NCBI GenBank assembly: GCA_037189525.1
Contig: JBBCJC010000005.1
Span: forward strand, 1 to 64,000
Length of the DNA stretch: 64,000 nucleotides
From: Gemmatimonadales bacterium
GTDB lineage: Bacteria > Gemmatimonadota > Gemmatimonadetes > Gemmatimonadales > GWC2-71-9
Direction of reading: 5' to 3'
The position numbers and the translations under genes are program-made. The notes under the pieces are model-generated. The model saw nothing but the letters and a program-made list of their open reading frames with translations. It ran no database searches and was not told the origin of the DNA. Of the stretch, positions 31,258 through 40,678 are shown piece after piece (position 1 is the stretch's first letter; every line of letters starts with the position of its first letter).

Positions 31258-31689
31258 TCACAGGCGCACCGGGTCGGCCGATACCGGCAATCGCTCCGCA
31301 ACTTCGGCGGGCAGCCGGCTCCATTTGAAGGCGGTGTCGAGCACCATCATGCTGGTTTCGCCGGTTGCCAGCAGTTCCCCGGTTTCGGCCCGTTCGACGG
31401 CGTAGCCGAAGACGATCCGCCGCGAGGCCAGATCCCGGACCCAGCAACGAATCCGCACCACGTCATCGTAGCGGGCGGGCTGGCGGTATCGGATCCGGGC
31501 CTCGCCAACCGCGAGCCGGTATCCTCGGGCTTCGAGGTCGGCGTAGGTGGTCCCGGTCTGGCGCAGGTGTTCGGTCCGCGCCCGATCGAACCAGACCAGA
31601 TAGCAGGCGTGATAGACCACCCCCATCTGATCGGTCTCACTGTAGTTCACGCGGAGATCGATGGTCGAAATCGCCCCGGTCGCTTCCAT
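31258..31689 (-). CDS. Acyl-CoA thioesterase (YbgC/4HBT family)
   Basis: RVNYSETDQMGVVYHACYLVWFDRARTE and YRQPARYDD; RBS GAGGA. Confidence 0.93.
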   Translation of the reverse strand: MEATGAISTIDLRVNYSETDQMGVVYHACYLVWFDRARTEHLRQTGTTYADLEARGYRLAVGEARIRYRQPARYDDVVRIRCWVRDLASRRIVFGYAVERAETGELLATGETSMMVLDTAFKWSRLPAEVAERLPVSADPVRL

Positions 31690-31718
31690 GCGTTCCTCGA
31701 TGGCCGTATCTTCGGCCG

Positions 31719-32501
31719 ATGCTCGGTACCCAGCTCGTGGTGGTGTCGGACGCGCACCTTGGGGCGTCAACAGCAGCTACCGATCTGGCGTTTCTGGATT
31801 TCCTCGATCAGGTCCCGTCCCTGGGCGATTGCCTCCTCATCAACGGCGACCTGTTCGATTTCTGGTTTTCGTATCGCCGGGTGATTCCCCGCCGCGGCTT
31901 TGCCGTTACCGCCGCGCTCGCCGTCCTTGCCCGCAAAATGCCGATCCTGATGACCGGCGGAAATCACGATCGGTGGGGCGACTCGTTCTGGGAGCGGGAT
32001 GCCGGCATCCGGTACAGCGCCGATCGCGTCAGCTTTACCGCGGCCGGGCGGGCCATCACCGCGGTACACGGCGACGGGCTGACCGAAGTCCACCGCGCCT
32101 CGGCGGTGATGCACCGGATCACCCGGCATCCAATTACCAGCTGGTTCTATCGTATCATCCATCCCGATCTCGGGATCTGGCTGGTCGACCGGATGAGCCG
32201 CCACCTGGCAGATTCCACCCGCGATCCGGCCGTGCTGGATCGTGCGCAGCAACGGCAGGAGGCGTGGGCCCGCGATCACCTCGAACGACACCCCGAGGTT
32301 GGTGTGCTGGTCATGTCTCACACCCACCGTTCCGCAGCAATCGAGATGTTTCCGGGACGCTGGTACCTGAATCCCGGCGCGTGGGTGGACGGGCTGCACT
32401 ACGCAGTCGTGGGTCGCTCGGGCGTGACGCTCCACCAGTACGATCGAACCCTACCAGCGGCCGAACAGTCTCAGGGCCAGCGCACCGGAATCGAAGCCTG
32501 A
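31719..32501 (+). CDS. lpxH: UDP-2,3-diacylglucosamine diphosphatase (LpxH-like)
   Basis: SDAHLG, NGDLFDFW, GNHD, HGDG, SHTH and YLNPGAW. Confidence 0.85.
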   Translation: MLGTQLVVVSDAHLGASTAATDLAFLDFLDQVPSLGDCLLINGDLFDFWFSYRRVIPRRGFAVTAALAVLARKMPILMTGGNHDRWGDSFWERDAGIRYSADRVSFTAAGRAITAVHGDGLTEVHRASAVMHRITRHPITSWFYRIIHPDLGIWLVDRMSRHLADSTRDPAVLDRAQQRQEAWARDHLERHPEVGVLVMSHTHRSAAIEMFPGRWYLNPGAWVDGLHYAVVGRSGVTLHQYDRTLPAAEQSQGQRTGIEA

Positions 32502-32992
32502 ATCCCGATTCCCCCCGACGGCATCGGCACCGCACGGAGTCGAAGGTCGTCCGGGAAGTCATGAAGCTCGCTCCCGACAAACGCTTCGATTCCTGAAAAG
32601 AGATGGTTGAATCCGAGCAGGATCAACCAGTCCTGCCGCTGGCTGCGCTTACTCGCGGTCCTGGCGCTGTCGGCCCCGACCCGTTCGAGATATTTGAGCT
32701 CGCGAATGGTCTTGACCGTCATGCCGAGTGCCAGGCCTTCGATGGTGACGAAGAGTGCGCCGGTCAGCTTGCGGTCGAGCCGCGCCTGCGACCATCCCGG
32801 CACGGCCAGGGACATGAAAAAGGCCTTGAGCGGTTTGATCGGCCGCGCCATGTACGACAGCGTGTCCTCCGCAGCGACCGGCTGCGGAGGAGACACGACG
32901 ACCGGCGGCGGCGCAGGTGGAGGGGTCTGCCCCGCTCCACCGGACGCCGCGCCCAGAACGAACGCCAGTCCCAACCACACGCTGCGCAACAC
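32471..32992 (-). CDS. Hypothetical exported/membrane protein (DUF5683-like)
   Basis: Signal peptide, Pro-rich linker, PLKAFFMSLAVPGWSQ and FSGIEAFV...L.DF. Start approximate. Confidence 0.7.
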   Translation of the reverse strand: MLRSVWLGLAFVLGAASGGAGQTPPPAPPPVVVSPPQPVAAEDTLSYMARPIKPLKAFFMSLAVPGWSQARLDRKLTGALFVTIEGLALGMTVKTIRELKYLERVGADSARTASKRSQRQDWLILLGFNHLFSGIEAFVGSELHDFPDDLRLRAVPMPSGGIGIQASIPVRWP

Positions 32993-33002
32993 GGTTACCC
33001 GA

Positions 33003-33392
33003 TCAGCGAAGGGCGATGCACTCGATTTCGACCCGGACGCCCTTCGGGAGCCCCGCCGCCTGCACCGTCGAGCGCGCCGGGCGATGGGTTCCGAAGTGCT
33101 CGGCGTAGATCTCGTTGACCACCCCGAACTCGGCCATGTCGGCCAGGAAGACGGTGGTCTTGACGACGCGGCTGAAATCGGTGCCGGCCGCCTGGAGCAC
33201 GGCCGCAAGGTTCGCAAAGACCTGGCGGGCCTGCGGACCGACCTCGCCCGACACCACTTCCATGGAGACCGGATCGAGCGCAATCTGCCCGGCCGTGAAC
33301 ACGAGGTTACCGACGACGGTGGCCTGCGAATACGGACCAATGGCCTTGGGGGCTGCGTCGGTCGCGATGATTTCGATCTTCGACATGCTCAT
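33003..33392 (-). CDS. ridA: RidA family enamine/imine deaminase
   Basis: APKAIGPYSQA, AGQI, VVKTTVFL, PARSTV and VEIECIA. Confidence 0.96.
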   Translation of the reverse strand: MSMSKIEIIATDAAPKAIGPYSQATVVGNLVFTAGQIALDPVSMEVVSGEVGPQARQVFANLAAVLQAAGTDFSRVVKTTVFLADMAEFGVVNEIYAEHFGTHRPARSTVQAAGLPKGVRVEIECIALR

Positions 33393-33421
33393 CCTCGAGA
33401 AATTGGAGTTGCAAACCCTGC

Positions 33422-35095
33422 TTAGAACAAACCTTCAATCCGGCCATCGGCATGGACCCGAATGGCTTCCGCCGACGGCGTCTTCGACAAACCGGGCATC
33501 GTCATGATCTCCCCGGCAAGGGCGACCACGAACCCGGCGCCTGCCGAAGGATAGACGTCCCGGATCGTAATCCGAAATCCCGACGGGCGGCCAAGCCGGG
33601 TCGGGTCGTCGGAGAACGAATACTGGGTCTTGGCCATACACACGGGCGTGTTTCCGAGCCCCATGCTCTCGCACTGGGTGATGTTCCGTTCCGCGGCGGC
33701 CAGATAGTCGACCCCGTCGGCGCCGTAGATCTCGCGCGCAATCGCCTCGATTTTCGCCTTGATCGGCAGATCCGCGTCATACACCGGCTTGAAGGCCGAC
33801 TTCCCCTCGGCCAGCGTCTCCAGCAGCACCTGCGCGACCGCCTCGCCGCCGGCGCCGCCGGCAGCCCAGACGTCCGACAGAGCCGCGCGGACGCCCCAGC
33901 GGGCGGCGGCATCGAGGATGCACTGGATCTCTTCCGGCGAGTCACTGATGAACCGGTTGACGGCCACGACGACCGGCAGCCCGAACTTGGTCATGTTGGC
34001 GACATGCGCTTCGAGGTTGACCAAGCCCCGCTCGAGCGCGGCGACATCCGGCGTTCCCAGGCTGTCCTTCTTGACGCCACCGTGCATCTTGAGCGCGCGA
34101 ATCGTCGCCACGACCACCGCGGCTTCCGGCGCCAGGCCTCCCAGCCGGCACTTGATGTCCAGGAACTTCTCGGCGCCAAGATCGGCTCCGAATCCCGCCT
34201 CGGTCAGCACGATGTCGGCCAGAGACAGCCCGAGCCGGGTCGCCGCCAGGGAGTTACAGCCGTGGGCGATATTGCCGAACGGCCCACCATGTACCAGCGC
34301 CGGCCCGCCTTCCAGTGTCTGCACCAGATTCGGCAGGATGGCGTCCTTGAGCAGCAGCGTCATCGCTCCCGACGCCTTGAGGTCGGCGGCCGTGACCGGC
34401 TTCTTCTCGCGGGTCAGACCCACGATGATCCGGCCGAGCCGGGCCTCGAGATCCTGCAGGTCGCTTGCCAGGCAGAGCACCGCCATTACTTCGCTGCCGG
34501 GCACGATCACGAATCGATCTTCGCGCGTCGGACCACCGTTCAAGCCGCCCAGTCCGACGACGATCTGCCGGAGCGCGCGATCGTTCATGTCGATAGTGCG
34601 GGGCCAGCTGATCCGGCGAGAGTCGATCCCCAGCGCGTTGCCATGATGGATGTGATTGTCCAGCATCGCCGAGAGCAGGTTGTGCGCCGAGGTGATGGCG
34701 TGGAAATCACCCGTGAAGTGCAGGTTGATCTCGTCCATCGGCACCACCTGCGCATAGCCGCCCCCGGCCGCGCCTCCCTTGACCCCGAACACCGGACCGA
34801 GCGAGGGCTCGCGAATGCAGACCATCACCTGCTTGCCCAGCCGGCGGAGCGCCTGGCTCACACCGACCGTCACGGTCGACTTCCCTTCGCCGGCCGGCGT
34901 CGGGTTGATCCCGGTGACCAGCACCAGTTTCCCCTTGGGCGACCGCGCCCGAATCGCCTCGGCGCTGATCTTGGCCTTGTACTTCCCGTACGGGATGATC
35001 TCGTCCGGTGAAAGTCCGACCTCCGCAGCCACGTCGGTGATCGGGCGCAGCGTGGCGGCTTGAGCGATGGCGATGTCTGACGGAACGATGGACAC
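33422..35095 (-). CDS. fhs: Formate-tetrahydrofolate ligase
   Basis: [44 protein letters not shown] and [11 protein letters not shown]. Confidence 0.97.
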   Translation of the reverse strand: MSIVPSDIAIAQAATLRPITDVAAEVGLSPDEIIPYGKYKAKISAEAIRARSPKGKLVLVTGINPTPAGEGKSTVTVGVSQALRRLGKQVMVCIREPSLGPVFGVKGGAAGGGYAQVVPMDEINLHFTGDFHAITSAHNLLSAMLDNHIHHGNALGIDSRRISWPRTIDMNDRALRQIVVGLGGLNGGPTREDRFVIVPGSEVMAVLCLASDLQDLEARLGRIIVGLTREKKPVTAADLKASGAMTLLLKDAILPNLVQTLEGGPALVHGGPFGNIAHGCNSLAATRLGLSLADIVLTEAGFGADLGAEKFLDIKCRLGGLAPEAAVVVATIRALKMHGGVKKDSLGTPDVAALERGLVNLEAHVANMTKFGLPVVVAVNRFISDSPEEIQCILDAAARWGVRAALSDVWAAGGAGGEAVAQVLLETLAEGKSAFKPVYDADLPIKAKIEAIAREIYGADGVDYLAAAERNITQCESMGLGNTPVCMAKTQYSFSDDPTRLGRPSGFRITIRDVYPSAGAGFVVALAGEIMTMPGLSKTPSAEAIRVHADGRIEGLF

Positions 35096-35105
35096 GGGAC
35101 ACACC

Positions 35106-35891
35106 TTACGCGAGACGGTGGGAAACGACGCCGACCCGGGGACCGAACACGGCCTCGGCGTTGGCGGAAGTACGAGCGGCAATTTCCTCGAACGACAAGC
35201 CAACGACCTCGGCCAGCTTCCGGGCGGTAGCGGCGACGTACGCCGGCTCGTTCCGCTTGCCGCGGAACGGCACCGGGGCCAGATAGGGCGCATCGGTCTC
35301 GATCAGCAGGCGATCGAGCGGCACCTCACGAATGGCGGCATCGAGCTGCCACGATTTGAAGGTGATCATCCCGCTCCAGGAGACATAGTGCCCCAGCCGA
35401 ACGGCCGTGCGCAGCAGGTCGACGCCACTGGAATACGAATGCATCACGGCTACGGTGCCGGGGTGATTCCGAAGGATCGCCGCCACGTCATCGTCGGCTT
35501 CGCGCGCATGGATCACGGCCGGCTTTCCGGCTCGTGCCGCAAGCGCCATCTGCGCATCGAACGCTTCGGCCTGCACGGCGCGTGGCGAATGATCGTAGTG
35601 ATAGTCGAGGCCCATTTCCCCGGCCGCCACGACGATCGGGTCGGCCAGTGCCTCGGCCAGCCACGCCGCCAGCTCGGGAGACCACCGCTTGGCTTCGTGC
35701 GGATGCAGGCCGGCGGTTGCCGACAGCATCGGGTCGGCGGCGGCCAAGGCATGCGCCCGGGCCGCCGCTTCCGGCGTCTCACCGATCACGATGGCATGGC
35801 CGACACCCGCATCCCGCATTCGCGCAACCACCTCGCCGACCCCGGACGCGAATCCGGGATCGGCGAGGTGGCAATGGGTGTCGACCAGCAA
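35106..35891 (-). CDS. tatD: TatD family nuclease
   Basis: DTHCH, GLHPH, GEMGLDY, IHARE and [10 protein letters not shown]. Start approximate. Confidence 0.95.
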   Translation of the reverse strand: MLVDTHCHLADPGFASGVGEVVARMRDAGVGHAIVIGETPEAAARAHALAAADPMLSATAGLHPHEAKRWSPELAAWLAEALADPIVVAAGEMGLDYHYDHSPRAVQAEAFDAQMALAARAGKPAVIHAREADDDVAAILRNHPGTVAVMHSYSSGVDLLRTAVRLGHYVSWSGMITFKSWQLDAAIREVPLDRLLIETDAPYLAPVPFRGKRNEPAYVAATARKLAEVVGLSFEEIAARTSANAEAVFGPRVGVVSHRLA

Positions 35892-35913
35892 CGCGGCGGC
35901 TACCAACCGGCGA

Positions 35914-38505
35914 TCACCCGGCGGACTGAGCCTTGGCGTTCGCCGCAACCCGCTTGGCCGCTGCCGAGGCAACCCCGCCAGCCGGCGGCCACTTGGTCTG
36001 AATCCAGAGCAGGATCGGCGCGGCGATGAAGATCGACGAGAACGTTGCGAGCAGGATGCCGAAGAACAGCACCAGCGCAAAGGGACGGATCACGTCGGTA
36101 CCGAAGATCGCCAGGGCAATCAGCGTACCGAGCGTCGTCGTACCGGTCAGCACCGTTCGCGGCAGCGTCTCGTTGACCGACAGATTGAGCAGGTCGATGA
36201 AACTCATCTGCCGACGATCGCGCAGGTTCTCACGAATACGGTCGAAGATGACGATGGTGTCGTTGAGCGAGAGACCGAGAACGGTCAACAGCGCCGCCAC
36301 CACCACCAGACTCACCTCGAGCTTGAGCAGCGCGATGAAGGCGATGGTCACCGCCACGTCGTGGATGGTCGCGATCACGGCGGCCAGACCGAAGCGCCAG
36401 TCGAACCGGTATGCCAGGTACGCGAGCACGGCAAAGAACGAGAAGAAGATGGCCATGAAGGCCTTCTGCTGCAGCTCGCCGCCCACCTTGGGGCCGACCG
36501 CTTCGGTCCGCTCCAAGGTGAAGTTGCCGGCGCCCACCACCTTGGTCAGCGCCTGCGTCATGGCCGTTGCCGCCTGCTGGGTATCATCGGCGTCGGTGGT
36601 GTTGTCGGCCACACGGCTCCGCACCACGAATTCGTTGGCCGCGCCGAACTGCTGGATCTCGGCGCCCGCAAACCCTTCCGCCTCGAGCCCGTTCCGGAGC
36701 TCGTCCACGGCGACCGGCTGCGAGGTCCGGATGTGCATCAGCGTGCCACCCGTGAACTCGACGCTCCAGTTGACGCCGCGGACCACCGTCGCGATGGCGC
36801 CGAAGACCAGAATGCCGACCGTCACGAGATACGCCACGCGACGATTCTCGATGAACTTGTAGGCCGCGTCCTTGAAGACCCGGAAGGTGCCTACCGACAG
36901 CGTCGTCATGTCCGGCCGCCGCTTGAGCCAGAGCAGATAGAACGTCCGGGTCACGAAGATGGCCGAGATCATCGAGGCAAAGACACCGATGATCAGCGTC
37001 ACCGCAAAGCCCTGCACCGGTCCGGTACCGAACTGGAACAGGAAGAGCGCCGTCAGCACGGTCGTCAGGTTCGAGTCGACGATGGCCGGGAGGGCGTTCT
37101 TGAAGCCTTCGTCGACCGAGAGACGGATGGTCTTCCCTTCGGCCAGCTCCTCACGGATTCGCTCGAAGATGAGGACGTTCGCGTCGACCGCCATGGCTAT
37201 CGCGAGCACGAAGCCGGCCAGACCTGGTAGCGTCAGGGTTGCCTCGAACGCAGCCAGCGCCGCAAACGTCATCAAGGCGTAGATGGCCAGCGCCCCGATG
37301 GCGATGACGCCACTCCAGGCGTAATACAGGATCATCATCAGGATCACGAAAACGACACCGATCAGACCGGCAATGATGCCGCCGCGGATGGCGTCCGCAC
37401 CAAGGCTCGGACCAACCTGGCGCTCCTCGACGATCTTGAGCGGCGTCGGCAGCGCGCCGGCCCGCAGCGTGAGGGCCAGATCCTGCGCCTCCTGGAGCGA
37501 CCGTCCGCCCAACTGAATCCGCCCCTGCCGTTCGATCCGGCTCTGAATCACCGGCGGCCGGCCCTGCACCTCGTTGTCGAGGATGATGGCCATGTAATCG
37601 CCGACGTGCCGGCCGGTTTCCTGGCCGAACCGCCGCCCGCCCTGACGATCGAGCTCGAAGTTGACTTCCGCGCCATTGGTCAGCGGATCCAGCTGCGCAA
37701 TCGCGTTGACGAGATGCGTCCCGGTAATGATCGGGCGCTCATCGAGCGCGTAGAGCAGCCGGAACTGTTCGACACCCGCCGCAATCGGCGCGTTGGCCCA
37801 CTTGAAGTCGATGTTGCGCGGCCAGAGACGGCGCACCTCGGGCAGGCGCAACAGGCTGTCCACCTGGCGATAGGCGCTCTCGCGAACGACATATTCACCG
37901 GGCACCGGCGGCAGACCGACCGCGGCTGACGACTGGATCAGCGAGGCGAAAATCCCGTTGGTGATGACGCTGTCGGAGGTCGCCTCCTTGGCCGAGTCCG
38001 CACCGAGCAGGTCCTGCACGGCCGACGGACGAGCCGGCGTGGCGCCGACGGACGCCGTGACACCCAGGTCGCGGAGGGTCCGATCCATCACGCCGATGGA
38101 ACGCTCGAGCGCCTGCGTCTTGTCGGTGATCTTGAACTCGAGGAACGCGCTCCGCTGCACCACGGCCTTGGCGCGCTCGGGGTCGGTCACCCCGGGCAAC
38201 TCGACCACGATCCGCTCGGCGCCGACGGTCTGGATGATGGGTTCGAGCACGCCGAACTCGTCGATGCGCTTGCGCAGCACCGTCAACGCGAGCTGGATGT
38301 CGCCGGCCGGATCGGATGAGATCCGGTTCGACTGATCGAGCTCGAGACCCAGGTGCATGCCGCCCTGGAGATCGAGGCCGAGATTGACGACCGTTCCCGC
38401 GTGTGTCGGCGTAGTCGTCTTCCGCTTGTTGTTCCAGAGGAAGAAGCCGGACGCGAGGATCAAAATCGCGATGACGATGAGTCGGTTACGTAAGTTCGTG
38501 AACAT
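35914..38505 (-). CDS. secDF: Fused protein translocase subunit SecDF
   Basis: LGLDLQGG, VGPSLG, DANVLIFERIREE, EFTGG and NDTIVIFDRIREN in one ORF. Confidence 0.96.
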   Translation of the reverse strand: MFTNLRNRLIVIAILILASGFFLWNNKRKTTTPTHAGTVVNLGLDLQGGMHLGLELDQSNRISSDPAGDIQLALTVLRKRIDEFGVLEPIIQTVGAERIVVELPGVTDPERAKAVVQRSAFLEFKITDKTQALERSIGVMDRTLRDLGVTASVGATPARPSAVQDLLGADSAKEATSDSVITNGIFASLIQSSAAVGLPPVPGEYVVRESAYRQVDSLLRLPEVRRLWPRNIDFKWANAPIAAGVEQFRLLYALDERPIITGTHLVNAIAQLDPLTNGAEVNFELDRQGGRRFGQETGRHVGDYMAIILDNEVQGRPPVIQSRIERQGRIQLGGRSLQEAQDLALTLRAGALPTPLKIVEERQVGPSLGADAIRGGIIAGLIGVVFVILMMILYYAWSGVIAIGALAIYALMTFAALAAFEATLTLPGLAGFVLAIAMAVDANVLIFERIREELAEGKTIRLSVDEGFKNALPAIVDSNLTTVLTALFLFQFGTGPVQGFAVTLIIGVFASMISAIFVTRTFYLLWLKRRPDMTTLSVGTFRVFKDAAYKFIENRRVAYLVTVGILVFGAIATVVRGVNWSVEFTGGTLMHIRTSQPVAVDELRNGLEAEGFAGAEIQQFGAANEFVVRSRVADNTTDADDTQQAATAMTQALTKVVGAGNFTLERTEAVGPKVGGELQQKAFMAIFFSFFAVLAYLAYRFDWRFGLAAVIATIHDVAVTIAFIALLKLEVSLVVVAALLTVLGLSLNDTIVIFDRIRENLRDRRQMSFIDLLNLSVNETLPRTVLTGTTTLGTLIALAIFGTDVIRPFALVLFFGILLATFSSIFIAAPILLWIQTKWPPAGGVASAAAKRVAANAKAQSAG

Positions 38506-38540
38506 CGTTCCCACACCGCGTGTCAACGGGTGACACTTCG

Positions 38541-39464
38541 TTAGAGGTTCGCGCGCCCCTCGAGCGTGGCCCGCGCGTTGGCACGATCCTGCTCGAGCTG
38601 ATCCCTGAGCGCGGCCAGCGACTCAAAGCGCCGGATCGCTCGAAGCGGAGCGACCCATTCGATCCGGATCTCCCGCCCATACAAGTCCCCGTCGAAATCG
38701 AAGAGATGCACTTCCAGCCACCGCGTGCCATCTCCGACCGTCGGACGGGTACCCTGATTCATCATTCCACCTGCCGTCCCACCACCCCACTCCACTCGCA
38801 CCGCATAGACGCCGTCCGGCGGTAGCAGCTTGCCGACCGGCGGCGTCAGGTTGGCGGTCGGGACGCCGAGGGTGCGACCCCGCCGCTGTCCCGGCACCAC
38901 GCGCCCCGACACCCGGTACGGTCGGCCCAGCCCGGCCGCGGCGGCGGCGAAATCGCCTGCCGTCACGGCGTCCCGAATCCGGCTGCTCGATACCGGCTGC
39001 CCCCGCCCGCCCGCGACCGGAGCGACGACGTGGAGACCGAATCCGCCATGCGCAGCCAGCGTCTCGAGCGTCGCGCGATCACCGGCCCGGCGGCGGCCGA
39101 AGCCGTGGTCGTGACCCACCACCAGGTCCGCCATCTGGCACCGCGCCTGCAGGACCTCGCGTACGAATTCCTCCGGATCGAGCGCAGCCAGCGCCTGATC
39201 GAACTGGAGGACGACCTGGTAGTCGATGTCCGTCTCCGCCAGCGCGGCACTGCGTTCCTCGGCCGAGGTGAGTCGGCCCGGGGCAACCTCGGGACGCAGC
39301 ACCGCCAGCGGATGCGGCTCCAAGGTCACCAGCACCGCCGGCCGATCGGCCGCGCGAGCCCGGCGCACCAGCTCCGCAATCACCGCCTGATGGCCGAGAT
39401 GGACCCCGTCGAAGGTCCCCACGGTGACCGCCGCCCCGCGCGGAAATCCGGGCAGATCGCTCAT
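38541..39464 (-). CDS. ribF: Bifunctional riboflavin kinase/FAD synthetase
   Basis: GTFDGVHLGH, SSSRIR, GRTLGVPTAN, GTRPTV and EVHLFDF. Confidence 0.96.
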   Translation of the reverse strand: MSDLPGFPRGAAVTVGTFDGVHLGHQAVIAELVRRARAADRPAVLVTLEPHPLAVLRPEVAPGRLTSAEERSAALAETDIDYQVVLQFDQALAALDPEEFVREVLQARCQMADLVVGHDHGFGRRRAGDRATLETLAAHGGFGLHVVAPVAGGRGQPVSSSRIRDAVTAGDFAAAAAGLGRPYRVSGRVVPGQRRGRTLGVPTANLTPPVGKLLPPDGVYAVRVEWGGGTAGGMMNQGTRPTVGDGTRWLEVHLFDFDGDLYGREIRIEWVAPLRAIRRFESLAALRDQLEQDRANARATLEGRANL

Positions 39465-40306
39465 GCCGGAAATACCGCCGTCGGCTGCCAGGCTCCCTCA
39501 CGCGCTTCGGCAATCGCCACCAGCTGCCCATCCGCCACCAGCGCGGTCGGCCCGGTACCAAACCCGCCCGGCACTCGCTGCCCGTGCCGGATCCTGGCCA
39601 CCGCCTCCGAGTCGACCTCGGCCCGCGGCAGGTGCCCGATCAGCGCGAGCGGCGGGATCAGCGCATCGGCCGTCACATCGGCGAGCGGAACCGCCTGGCC
39701 CACCTCGAACGCCCCCACCGATTCCCTCCGTAAGGCCGTCAGGTGCGCTCCCGTACCGAGCCGCTCGCCCGCATCACGCGCCAACGCCCGGACGTACGTC
39801 CCGGCGCTGACGGTCACCCGAAAGGTGAGCACGGGTGGCTGATAGCTCAGCAGCGTCAGCTGATGCACCGTTACCGGTACCGGCGTCAATTCCAGCCGGC
39901 CGCCGCGGCGGGCCACCGCATGACTGCGCACCCCGCCGACCTGCTTGGCCGAATAGGCCGGCGGTCGCTGCTCACCTGGCCCGATCAGTCCGGCCAGCAC
40001 TTCCGCTACCTGCGCTTCACTCGGCCACGGACCATCCGATGGCACTCCGAGCGGCTCACCCGTCAGATCGTCGCTGTCCGTCGCAAACCCCAGCCGGGCC
40101 TGGGCCCAGTAGGTCTTCGTCGCACCTTCGACGTATCGGGCCAGCCGCGTCGCCGAACCCAGCACCAGCACGAGCAGCCCGGTCGCAAACGGATCGAGCG
40201 TGCCGGTATGACCGACCGCGCGGGTCCCCAGTCGCTTCCTGACCGTCGCGACCACATCGTGCGACGTGATCCCGGCCGGCTTGTCCACCAGAAGCCCTCC
40301 GTTCAG
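39461..40306 (-). CDS. truB: tRNA pseudouridine(55) synthase; probable CTG start
   Basis: DKPAGITSHDVV, GHTGTLDPFATG, PPAYSA and GTYVRALARD. In-frame upstream CTG AAC GGA GGG CTT CTG GTG GAC AAG with RBS GAGGAG. Confidence 0.95.
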   Translation of the reverse strand: MNGGLLVDKPAGITSHDVVATVRKRLGTRAVGHTGTLDPFATGLLVLVLGSATRLARYVEGATKTYWAQARLGFATDSDDLTGEPLGVPSDGPWPSEAQVAEVLAGLIGPGEQRPPAYSAKQVGGVRSHAVARRGGRLELTPVPVTVHQLTLLSYQPPVLTFRVTVSAGTYVRALARDAGERLGTGAHLTALRRESVGAFEVGQAVPLADVTADALIPPLALIGHLPRAEVDSEAVARIRHGQRVPGGFGTGPTALVADGQLVAIAEAREGAWQPTAVFPA

Positions 40307-40674
40307 GACTCGGTCTCCTCGCGACGGAGATCGGCCAGGATCTGATCGATCCGCGCCGCGTGTTCCCGGCCGCGGTCGACCAGGAACTGCAGGTCCGGGG
40401 TAATCCGCGTATCGAGCGCCTGCGCCACCTTGGTGCGCAGAAACCCGGCGGCCCGCCCGAGCCCTTCGAGCTCCGCTTCCTGCTCCGCCGCCTCGCCGGC
40501 CAGCGTCACGAAAATCCGAGCGACCGACAGATCGGGCGTCACCTCGACCCGGGTGACCGTGGCCGACCGGATCCGCGGATCCCGCACCTCACGGATCAGC
40601 GCCTCCGCCACGATCTGACGGACCACCTCACCGACCTGATCCGGACGGCGGCGATTGCCCGAGCGGCCCGCCAT
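40303..40674 (-). CDS. rbfA: Ribosome-binding factor A
   Basis: VRDPRI, VTRVEVTPDLSVARIF, AAGFLR and TPDLQF..D. Confidence 0.96.
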   Translation of the reverse strand: MAGRSGNRRRPDQVGEVVRQIVAEALIREVRDPRIRSATVTRVEVTPDLSVARIFVTLAGEAAEQEAELEGLGRAAGFLRTKVAQALDTRITPDLQFLVDRGREHAARIDQILADLRREETES

Positions 40675-40678
40675 CGGA

